This document shows positions 9,768-17,027 of a DNA stretch of 33,133 nt, in pieces (position 1 is the first letter of the stretch; each line of letters starts with the position of its first letter). Where the stretch lies: the NCBI GenBank assembly GCA_947460225.1, contig CANHHI010000003.1, positions 1 through 33,133 on the forward strand. Reading direction: 5' to 3'. A program made the translations under genes and the position numbers. The notes below the pieces were generated by a model. The model was not told where the DNA came from and did no database searches. It saw only the letters and a list, made by a program, of their open reading frames with translations. Origin of the DNA: Flavobacteriales bacterium (GTDB taxonomy: Bacteria > Bacteroidota > Bacteroidia > Flavobacteriales_D > CANHHI01).

Positions 9768-10736
9768 ATGAAAATTTTTGATTACGAAAACATTCTCTTA
9801 ATTCCGAGAAAATGTATTGTGGATAGCCGAAAAGCCTGCGATACGAATGTAACCTTGGGCAAACACACCTTTAAACTTCCTGTGGTGCCCGCCAACATGA
9901 AAACAGTGGTCAATGAAGAAATATGCCAATTTTTAGCTGAAAATGGGTATTTTTATGTGATGCACCGCTTTGATATTGACGTGGTGGAATTTGTAAAACA
10001 CATGCACCAAAAAGGTTTGTTTGTGTCTATTTCTTTGGGTGTGAAACAAGCCGACAAAGACATTGTTAACGCCCTTGCCAAAGAAAAATTGCATGTGGAC
10101 TATATTACCATTGACATAGCGCACGGGCATTCCGAACCCGTACGTGAAATGATTGCGCACATCAAATCCTTATTGCCAGAGGCTTTTGTAATAGCAGGCA
10201 ACGTGGGCACGCCTGATGCTATAATAGATTTGGAAAATTGGGGTGCAGATGCAACCAAAGTCGGCATAGGACCAGGCAAAGTGTGTATTACACGCTTGAA
10301 AACAGGTTTTGGCACAGGCGGTTGGCAACTTTCTGCACTCAAATGGTGTTCAAAAGTAGCCACAAAGCCAATTATTGCAGATGGAGGCATTAGAGAACAC
10401 GGCGATATTGCCAAATCCATTCGTTTTGGCGCAACTTTTTGCATGGTGGGCTCGCTGTTTGCAGGACTGGAAGAATCTCCTGGAACGACGGTGGAGGTAG
10501 ATGGCAAGCTCTATAAGGAATACTACGGCAGTGCATCTGAATTTAACAAAGGTACCCGTAAAAATGTAGAAGGCAAAAGAATCTTGGAACCTGTTAAGGG
10601 CAAATTGAACGATACTTTAATAGAAATGCAAGAAGATTTGCAGAGTTCTATTTCTTATGCGGGCGGAACAAACCTAAAAGATATTAAACGTGTAAGTTAT
10701 ATCATTTTAGGGCATGAAAATGCTGTGGATTGGTGA
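9768..10736 (+). CDS. guaC: GMP reductase (type 2, Bacillus/Helicobacter-like class)
   Basis: [56 protein letters not shown]. Confidence 0.96.
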   Translation: MKIFDYENILLIPRKCIVDSRKACDTNVTLGKHTFKLPVVPANMKTVVNEEICQFLAENGYFYVMHRFDIDVVEFVKHMHQKGLFVSISLGVKQADKDIVNALAKEKLHVDYITIDIAHGHSEPVREMIAHIKSLLPEAFVIAGNVGTPDAIIDLENWGADATKVGIGPGKVCITRLKTGFGTGGWQLSALKWCSKVATKPIIADGGIREHGDIAKSIRFGATFCMVGSLFAGLEESPGTTVEVDGKLYKEYYGSASEFNKGTRKNVEGKRILEPVKGKLNDTLIEMQEDLQSSISYAGGTNLKDIKRVSYIILGHENAVDW

Positions 10737-10743
10737 TAAAAAT

Positions 10744-11067
10744 ATGGCTGAGGAAACTTTTACAATTACCCAAGTTGCCCAGCAATTTGGTATAAACCCT
10801 TCCAAAATTCGTTTTTGGGAAACAGAGTTTGCGTTTTTGCGTCCAAGCAAAAGCCCCAAAGGAAATCGGTTTTACACGGCACAGGATATTGAAAAACTGC
10901 GCTTGGTGCATCACTTGGTGGAAACAGAAGGTTATACCTTAGAGGGAGCAAGAAAAAGATTGCAAACCCCAGATAAAACTACAGAAAACTACGTAAAAAT
11001 ACAAGAACACCTACAAAAAATCAAACATTTTTTGACACAATTAGACCAACAAATAGACCAATACTGA
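10744..11067 (+). CDS. MerR-family HTH protein (short, Cys-less)
   Basis: [45 protein letters not shown]; start at ATG 10744. Confidence 0.9.
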   Translation: MAEETFTITQVAQQFGINPSKIRFWETEFAFLRPSKSPKGNRFYTAQDIEKLRLVHHLVETEGYTLEGARKRLQTPDKTTENYVKIQEHLQKIKHFLTQLDQQIDQY

Positions 11068-11411
11068 TGCGCATAGAAGTTTTAAAGTCTAAAATACACG
11101 GGGCAATAATCACCCAAGCCAATTTGCAATATATTGGCAGCATTACCATAGACGAAACCCTGATGCTTGCTGCCAATTTAATAGAAGGCGAAAAAGTAAC
11201 CGTAGTCAATAACAACAACGGCGAACGTTTGGATACCTACGTCATTAAAGGCGAAAAAAACTCAGGTGTTGTTTGCTTAAACGGTGCCGCCGCAAGAAAA
11301 TGCCAACAAGGAGACAAAGTGATTATTATGTCTTATGCCAGCATGGATTTTGAGGAGGCAAAAAAGTTTAAGCCCAGCATTATTTTTCCAAACGCAGATA
11401 ATACTATTTAA
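11067..11411 (+). CDS. panD: Aspartate 1-decarboxylase
   Basis: [14 protein letters not shown] autocleavage site, [17 protein letters not shown]; TGATG overlap with upstream gene. Confidence 0.97.
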   Translation: MRIEVLKSKIHGAIITQANLQYIGSITIDETLMLAANLIEGEKVTVVNNNNGERLDTYVIKGEKNSGVVCLNGAAARKCQQGDKVIIMSYASMDFEEAKKFKPSIIFPNADNTI

Positions 11412-12175
11412 GCGTTTTTACTGCGCTGTTCTTGTGCTTGATATAGCGCAATACCAGCTGCCACAGACACATTCAAAGACCCAACGCCACCTAGCATGGG
11501 AATTTTCCCTTTTGCATCGGCTATTTCCAGGTGTTTTGGTGAGATGCCTTCATCTTCGGAGCCCAAAATCATCACCAAAGGACCTGTTAATTTGACATCG
11601 GAGATATGTTTTGGCGTTTTTTCGGTGCATGCCACCACAAAAAATCCGCTTTCTTTAAGGTATTTCAATGCCTTATCGGGGAAATTCACTCGGCACACAG
11701 GCAATCTATGCAAAGCACCCGCAGAGGTTTTAATGGCGTCGGAGGTTACCAGCGCACCGCCTTTTTGGGGAATAATCAAAGCATCAACGCCAAAAACTTC
11801 CGCGCTTCTCGCAATAGCACCAAAATTGCGCACGTCCGTGATTTGGTCTAAAAACAGAAAAAGTGGCGTTTTGCCCTGTTCAAACAAAATTGGCACCAAA
11901 TTTTCCAAATCTTCATACACACAAGGACTGACCATAGCCAAAACGCCTTGGTGGTTTTTGCCTCTTGCCAATTGTTGAAATTTCTCTTCGGGCGCATACT
12001 GAAAAGGCAAATCAAGTTCTTGAATGCGTTTTTTGAGCTCTGCCAAAAGGGGATTTTGCCCACCACGGAGCAATAAAATTTTATTGATTTCCTTGCCAGC
12101 CTCTATGGCTTCCAAAACCGCACGTGTACCAAAAACAAAATCCTCTGTATTTGGTTTATAGTTATTTTTATTCAT
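11408..12175 (-). CDS. rlmB: 23S rRNA (Gm2251) 2'-O-methyltransferase
   Basis: [38 protein letters not shown] (SPOUT motifs). Confidence 0.93.
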   Translation of the reverse strand: MNKNNYKPNTEDFVFGTRAVLEAIEAGKEINKILLLRGGQNPLLAELKKRIQELDLPFQYAPEEKFQQLARGKNHQGVLAMVSPCVYEDLENLVPILFEQGKTPLFLFLDQITDVRNFGAIARSAEVFGVDALIIPQKGGALVTSDAIKTSAGALHRLPVCRVNFPDKALKYLKESGFFVVACTEKTPKHISDVKLTGPLVMILGSEDEGISPKHLEIADAKGKIPMLGGVGSLNVSVAAGIALYQAQEQRSKNA

Positions 12176-12183
12176 CTGGACTG

Positions 12184-12191
12184 CAAATATA
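12184..12191 (-). promoter_or_regulatory. -7 box for rlmB
   Basis: TATATTTG on minus, 8 nt upstream of ATG. Confidence 0.55.
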
Positions 12192-12342
12192 ATAAAAAAC
12201 AGACATCGTCCGGCATCAGAGATGCTTCAATCTGCACTGCGTGCAGGGCAGGCAAGGTTACTCCCTGAACACAACGACTTTTTTCTTAAAAACTTCAAGC
12301 GTTTGATTTTTTTTGATTACTTTTGTGGCATATCTATCTAGT

Positions 12343-12987
12343 ATGCAAATAAAATTACTTGGCACAGTATTGATGCTTTTGACGTTGTTAGCCTGTAAAA
12401 AGAAAGAGGAAAAGCTACGTTTAGAACCGCTTTTGGTTGGGACAACTTGGGAAATTGCACCTTTTGAGGGGGAGCAAAATGTTGTGCTTAGCAATAGGTT
12501 CAAGAAAAGTTGGTCTAGCTTAGACACACGCACAGAAAGCATTTCTTTGGTATATGCTACTTTGCAAAATAATCCTGCAGGGCTTATCACAAAACAATTG
12601 ACCTTTGAAGAACCAAAGAAAAAAGTTGAAGACCAGGGCAATGCGCATGAGATCTACTACATACAAGATAAGTGTATTGAAAAAATAAAAAGTCCAGAAG
12701 AATGTAAACCAGCCGTTGATGCAATGAAGAATTGGTTTTTAGCAAGCGAGGATTATGACATCATTGAGAAAATTAAGCAAGATTACGCAAGCAGTAATAT
12801 TTGCAGAACACGTTATTACACAAAACAGAACCATTTTAGTATTTCCGAAAGCAATTTATATTTTAATGGCATAACTCATAAAGAGGAAACAGTTTATACC
12901 GAAGGGTTGACCAAAAGAAACCTAGGAAAAGAAACCATAGAACGCCTAAGCATAGGTGTTTGGAATATAGCGTATTTGAAAAAATAA
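12343..12987 (+). CDS. Hypothetical lipoprotein
   Basis: MQIKLLGTVLMLLTLLAC-KKKEEK lipobox with K/E-rich export-like signal; TACTTTTG box at 12318-12325 supports ATG 12343. Confidence 0.8.
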   Translation: MQIKLLGTVLMLLTLLACKKKEEKLRLEPLLVGTTWEIAPFEGEQNVVLSNRFKKSWSSLDTRTESISLVYATLQNNPAGLITKQLTFEEPKKKVEDQGNAHEIYYIQDKCIEKIKSPEECKPAVDAMKNWFLASEDYDIIEKIKQDYASSNICRTRYYTKQNHFSISESNLYFNGITHKEETVYTEGLTKRNLGKETIERLSIGVWNIAYLKK

Positions 12988-12990
12988 ACT

Positions 12991-13016
12991 AAACGCAGGC
13001 AAATGCCTGCGTTTTT
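12991..13016. terminator. Terminator between convergent lipoprotein genes
   Basis: AAACGCAGGCA-aa-TGCCTGCGTTT inverted repeat with T tails. Confidence 0.8.
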
Positions 13017-13023
13017 GTTATTA

Positions 13024-14823
13024 TTAAAAGTTTAATATTGGGAATTTACCAACGCCTTGCCATTTCCAAGTACTTGAAAAATCAAAGCCAATAAAGTCGT
13101 TTTGGGTCATTTGACTGATATTTATTTGCGTGCCGTTGTTGTTCAAAAATTGCGAAACCTGAGGTTTATTGACATAATAGGTGTTTCTTATGGGGTAAAT
13201 GCCACTGGCATACCCGACAATACCACCTGCATAACGCAATAAAGACCCTTGAAAGATATTGGAGGCATAAGCATTTTCTAGCATTGTACGCTCAATGGCA
13301 TAGCCAAGCACACCGCCAACGCTTGCCCCACCAGCAACTAGTCCAGCAGACACATATACATCTTGTATTTGTGCATCTTGCGCAAGACCAACAAGCCCAC
13401 CAACTTGCTTGGTGCCATAAATATGCCCTGTTTCGCTGTAACTATTTTTAATGCTTGTTTTAAGAGCAAGACCTATCAAAGCCCCTGTGTTTTCTTTGCC
13501 ATCTACATGCGCATTTTTAATGCCTACTTTTTCAATGATGGCATTTTCCGCATATCCTGCCAAAACGCCTGTGTTTTCGCCTGTTCCTACCACGCTAGAA
13601 AAAACAAGGTTTACATTTTTAACTGTTGCCCCTTGTGTGAGTTCGCTAAACAAACCAACATTATCCACTGACACCAGGGCATTGGTATTGATGATTAAAT
13701 TTTTAATAGCATAACCCTTTCCGTCCAAAACACCCATAAAACCTCGTATAGGCTTCCAATTGCTGTTTGATAAAACAATGTCACCACTTAATTCATGCGT
13801 ATCAAACGGGCTTTCAATACCTATCTGTGCCAATTCTTTTTCATGGCTTATTTTTATGAGCAATGGATTGAGACGTTGCGTTTTCTCTGCATTCAACAAA
13901 ACACTTGGTGAGCTTTCTGCTATAATGTGTTGTCTAACTTTGATTAAATTTTCTTTTAAAAATAAAATTCTATCCCCAGAAAGGTGTGGATACATAATAT
14001 CTGTTCGTTTGGTGCTGTGTTTTAAAGAAAAGGCATGCCCAAGTTCGTGCACGACCGTTTGCAAAGAACGCCCCAAAGCAATTGTTCTTTTGCGTATAAA
14101 TATATTATTTTTGCCTGTTTTGGTTACGCCTGTGATATGATTTGGATCAGTCCCTCCGTTATCATCAGTTTCATAGCAAATATCAACTTCATCGCCAGCA
14201 TCACGTGTTTGGGCTTTGAAAGCTACTATCATAGACAAATAACCGCTATGATTTTTGTGCTGTAAATTTAACCAATGTTGAATTTTATTTGTTATGGCAT
14301 GTGGGTGTTCATCTGTTAAAAAAGTAGTCAAAAAAGTTGGGTTATCCTTTTCATCAATTAACTCTACGACCCAACCCAAAAAGCCAAAAAAGTCTGCATC
14401 TTCAAAATCCGTAGGCTCTGTGCTGATGTACAGTCGGCGTATAAACTCCTGTGCCGATAGAATAAGCTGAGTTTTTGCGGTTTCATCTACGGCATCGTGT
14501 CCAACTTGTGCTTTGCTGGAATAATAAATCCGCAAAGTAAGCGTGTTGGTTGGCACAAAATTAAACTGTGGTTGGTAACGCTCCACAAAACTGCCGTCCG
14601 CATCTTTATAAGTGCTTTTTACTAGCTCAATGCGGTCTCCAATAATATAAGGATCTCTTGTTAAAGGCACAATGGCAGGCAATTTATCGGCATAGCCATT
14701 GCCCAAGGAGAGCCTTTGATTAGCCTCTGCAACGGCAGTTTGGGTGTGTTGTGTTTTTTTCTTGCTACAAGCAAAAGCAGTAAGAACAAGCAAACTACCA
14801 AATAGAATTTGTTTGGTTTTCAT
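13024..14823 (-). CDS. Lipoprotein: metzincin (matrixin/M10-like) peptidase with C-terminal GLUG-motif repeat domain
   Basis: Lipobox AFAC; HELGHAFSLKH (14049-14017) plus Met-turn DIMYP; NWKPI..F.G.LDGKGYAIKNL and repeated VGGLVG/TGALIG/AGGIVG. Confidence 0.85.
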   Translation of the reverse strand: MKTKQILFGSLLVLTAFACSKKKTQHTQTAVAEANQRLSLGNGYADKLPAIVPLTRDPYIIGDRIELVKSTYKDADGSFVERYQPQFNFVPTNTLTLRIYYSSKAQVGHDAVDETAKTQLILSAQEFIRRLYISTEPTDFEDADFFGFLGWVVELIDEKDNPTFLTTFLTDEHPHAITNKIQHWLNLQHKNHSGYLSMIVAFKAQTRDAGDEVDICYETDDNGGTDPNHITGVTKTGKNNIFIRKRTIALGRSLQTVVHELGHAFSLKHSTKRTDIMYPHLSGDRILFLKENLIKVRQHIIAESSPSVLLNAEKTQRLNPLLIKISHEKELAQIGIESPFDTHELSGDIVLSNSNWKPIRGFMGVLDGKGYAIKNLIINTNALVSVDNVGLFSELTQGATVKNVNLVFSSVVGTGENTGVLAGYAENAIIEKVGIKNAHVDGKENTGALIGLALKTSIKNSYSETGHIYGTKQVGGLVGLAQDAQIQDVYVSAGLVAGGASVGGVLGYAIERTMLENAYASNIFQGSLLRYAGGIVGYASGIYPIRNTYYVNKPQVSQFLNNNGTQINISQMTQNDFIGFDFSSTWKWQGVGKFPILNF

Positions 14824-14841
14824 AAATAATCGTTATGGCAA

Positions 14842-14849
14842 CAAATGTA
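14842..14849 (-). promoter_or_regulatory. -7 box for peptidase gene
   Basis: TACATTTG on minus, 18 nt upstream of ATG. Confidence 0.6.
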
Positions 14850-15056
14850 GAGAAAGAGAAAACATCATGCCGATTATTTACATTTAATTAAGGTTTTTTG
14901 GTTTAATTTTGTTAAACACCTAAATATATTTTCACACAAAAAAACCCATAGACAAGCAAAATTGCCCCTTTGTAATTTTTTGCTTATCTTGCCTGCCTAG
15001 GGTAGATTAAAATAGGTTATGCTTGCGGTCATGCCATGACCTTACTGGTTTTCGTT

Positions 15057-15446
15057 TTATTTTTTAAGAATACTGGCGTGTATGGCTTGCATCTCTTCCG
15101 TGTTCAATTGGAGTTTGGGTTTGGAAAAATCCAAATCCGATACGCTCTGCAAAGGCACCAAATGAATGTGCGCATGAGGCACTTCCAAACCGACCACTGC
15201 CACGCCGATTTTCTTGCAAGGGATAGCGAGTTTTAATTGTTTTGCTACGCCTTTGGCAAAAATCATCATCTCACCCAGCAGCTTATCTTCTAGGTCAAAA
15301 ATATAATCTATTTCCTGTTTGGGAATAACCAGCGCATGCCCTTTGGCTAAGGGAAAAACGTCCAAGAATGCCAAAAAATGCTCGTTTTCGGCAATTTTAT
15401 AGCAAGGAATTTCCCCTGCTATAATTTTTGAAAAAATGCTTGCCAT
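15057..15446 (-). CDS. HIT family nucleotide hydrolase
   Basis: SIFSKIIAGEIP, GHALVIPK, EVPHAHIHLVP histidine triad. Confidence 0.95.
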   Translation of the reverse strand: MASIFSKIIAGEIPCYKIAENEHFLAFLDVFPLAKGHALVIPKQEIDYIFDLEDKLLGEMMIFAKGVAKQLKLAIPCKKIGVAVVGLEVPHAHIHLVPLQSVSDLDFSKPKLQLNTEEMQAIHASILKK

Positions 15447-15449
15447 AAT

Positions 15450-15923
15450 TTATGCCCTAGAAATTTCTAACACTTCAAAAAATACTGAACCATTTGGGGT
15501 TTTGATTTCCGCCTCTTCGCCCACTTTTTTACCCAGCAAACCTTTGCCGATAGGCGAATCTATGGATATTCTGCCACTGGCTAAATCTGCTTCTTTTTCC
15601 GAAACCAGCGTATAATGAAATTCCTTGCCCAAAGTTTTGTGGCGCACTTTCACCTTAGACAAAATCAAAACCTTGGAATTGTCCAATTGGCTTTCGTCTA
15701 TCACCCTTGCCGAAGAAATAATTTCTTTGAGCTTGGAAATTTGCAATTCCAGCAAACCCTGCGCTTCTTTGGCAGCATCATATTCGGCATTCTCGGACAA
15801 ATCGCCCTTATCACGTGCCTCTGCAATTTGCTCGGATATGCGTGGTCTTTGAACGGATTCCAAATGTTTGAGTTCCTCTCTTAATTTTTCAAGTCCTTCC
15901 TTGGTGTAATAATGAATAGACAT
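15450..15923 (-). CDS. greA: Transcription elongation factor GreA
   Basis: EARDKGDLSENAEYDAAKE, ISIDSPIGKGLLGK. Confidence 0.98.
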   Translation of the reverse strand: MSIHYYTKEGLEKLREELKHLESVQRPRISEQIAEARDKGDLSENAEYDAAKEAQGLLELQISKLKEIISSARVIDESQLDNSKVLILSKVKVRHKTLGKEFHYTLVSEKEADLASGRISIDSPIGKGLLGKKVGEEAEIKTPNGSVFFEVLEISRA

Positions 15924-16001
15924 AGCGTAAATGTTTTATTTAATCAAAAAGAACAACCTCGCCCAGAATTTATCAGAGCTCAGTTGTACTAAATTTATAG
16001 A

Positions 16002-16060
16002 CAAAGTTAGTGAAATCTCTTTATGCTTTGATTTTTTAGGGCATTTTTTTATTATTTTTG
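16002..16060. promoter_or_regulatory. Divergent -7 boxes (greA / lipoprotein)
   Basis: TAACTTTG on minus (16009-16002) and TATTTTTG on plus (16053-16060). Confidence 0.6.
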
Positions 16061-16070
16061 ATAAAAAATT

Positions 16071-16457
16071 ATGCGAACATTTTTATATTTATGCTTGTTT
16101 ACTTGCTTTGCTTGCAACAAAGACACGGCTTACCCTTATGTGCCTGTTCAGGTGCAGTTTGATGTGAATTTTTATCCAGAATTATCGTATGCACAAGGGC
16201 GCATTTATTATCCCAATGCTGGGCAAAAGGGTTTGATTGTTTTTAACAATTCAGATTTGGAATTTTTGGTTTACGACAGACTTTCCCTTGCAGGTTGTGT
16301 GCTAGAATTTGTGCCCGGCAATACTTGGAGCGTGCAAGACCCCTGCAACCAAGAAACTTATAATTTAATATTAGGGTATAGCGATAAAAATCCCAATCGC
16401 AGACTTCTAAAATACAATACTTACTTTGACGGCACTCGTCTGTTTATCAACAATTAA
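16071..16457 (+). CDS. Lipoprotein, Rieske-like fold family with degenerate ligands
   Basis: Lipobox CFAC; GLIVFN..F.VYDR ... DPC...Y.L..G ... LLKY pattern as I recall from Bacteroidota Rieske-like lipoproteins. Confidence 0.6.
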   Translation: MRTFLYLCLFTCFACNKDTAYPYVPVQVQFDVNFYPELSYAQGRIYYPNAGQKGLIVFNNSDLEFLVYDRLSLAGCVLEFVPGNTWSVQDPCNQETYNLILGYSDKNPNRRLLKYNTYFDGTRLFINN

Positions 16458-16463
16458 AAAGAT

Positions 16464-17021
16464 ATGGAAAATTTTTTGCAGCACTTGGACGAAACGATTT
16501 TGCGTGTATTGAACGCACCCCATACGCCTTTTTTAGATGAGGTTTTTTGGTATGTGAGTGGCAATGTTGTTTGGATTCCTCTGTATGTTTATTTGCTGTG
16601 GCTACTTTACAAACAATATGGCTGGCAAAATTTGCTTAAAATTTTGGGCGTTTTGGTTTTGCTTTTGGTTTGCACCGACCAAATATGCAATGTATTTAAA
16701 AATTTTATCCAAAGACCTCGACCCACGCACAACCCAGATTTAACTTGGATTAAAACTGTGCGAGATTATAGGGGAGGGGCTTTTGGCTTTGTTTCGGCAC
16801 ATGCGGCGAATACCATGGTGGTAGCTTTGTTTTTGGGCAATTTGCTGGACAAAAAAATGCGTTATGTTTTGCTTGCATGGGCAGTCTTGGTGGCATATAG
16901 CCGTACGTATTTGGGGGTGCATTATCCTTTTGATATTTTCGGCGGTTGGTGCTTGGCAGGTATATTGAGCACGCTCGCCATTTGGCTAACACGCAAGTTT
17001 TTTTTGCCGAAGGCATATTAA
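16464..17021 (+). CDS. PAP2 family membrane phosphatase
   Basis: KNFIQRPRP, FVSAHAAN, SRTYLGVHYPFD (C1-C3 motifs). Confidence 0.95.
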   Translation: MENFLQHLDETILRVLNAPHTPFLDEVFWYVSGNVVWIPLYVYLLWLLYKQYGWQNLLKILGVLVLLLVCTDQICNVFKNFIQRPRPTHNPDLTWIKTVRDYRGGAFGFVSAHAANTMVVALFLGNLLDKKMRYVLLAWAVLVAYSRTYLGVHYPFDIFGGWCLAGILSTLAIWLTRKFFLPKAY

Positions 17022-17027
17022 GACGAA

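Noticed and set aside
10744-11067. Mercury/metal-sensing MerR
   Set aside because: No cysteines and no effector domain; housekeeping-type short MerR HTH
8995-11978. Long antisense ORFs (8995-9558, 10100-10507, 11496-11978) and similar ones elsewhere
   Set aside because: Shadow frames opposite well-supported genes, without recognisable motifs
15036-15236. 66-aa ORF antisense to HIT
   Set aside because: Shadow of the HIT gene; no independent support
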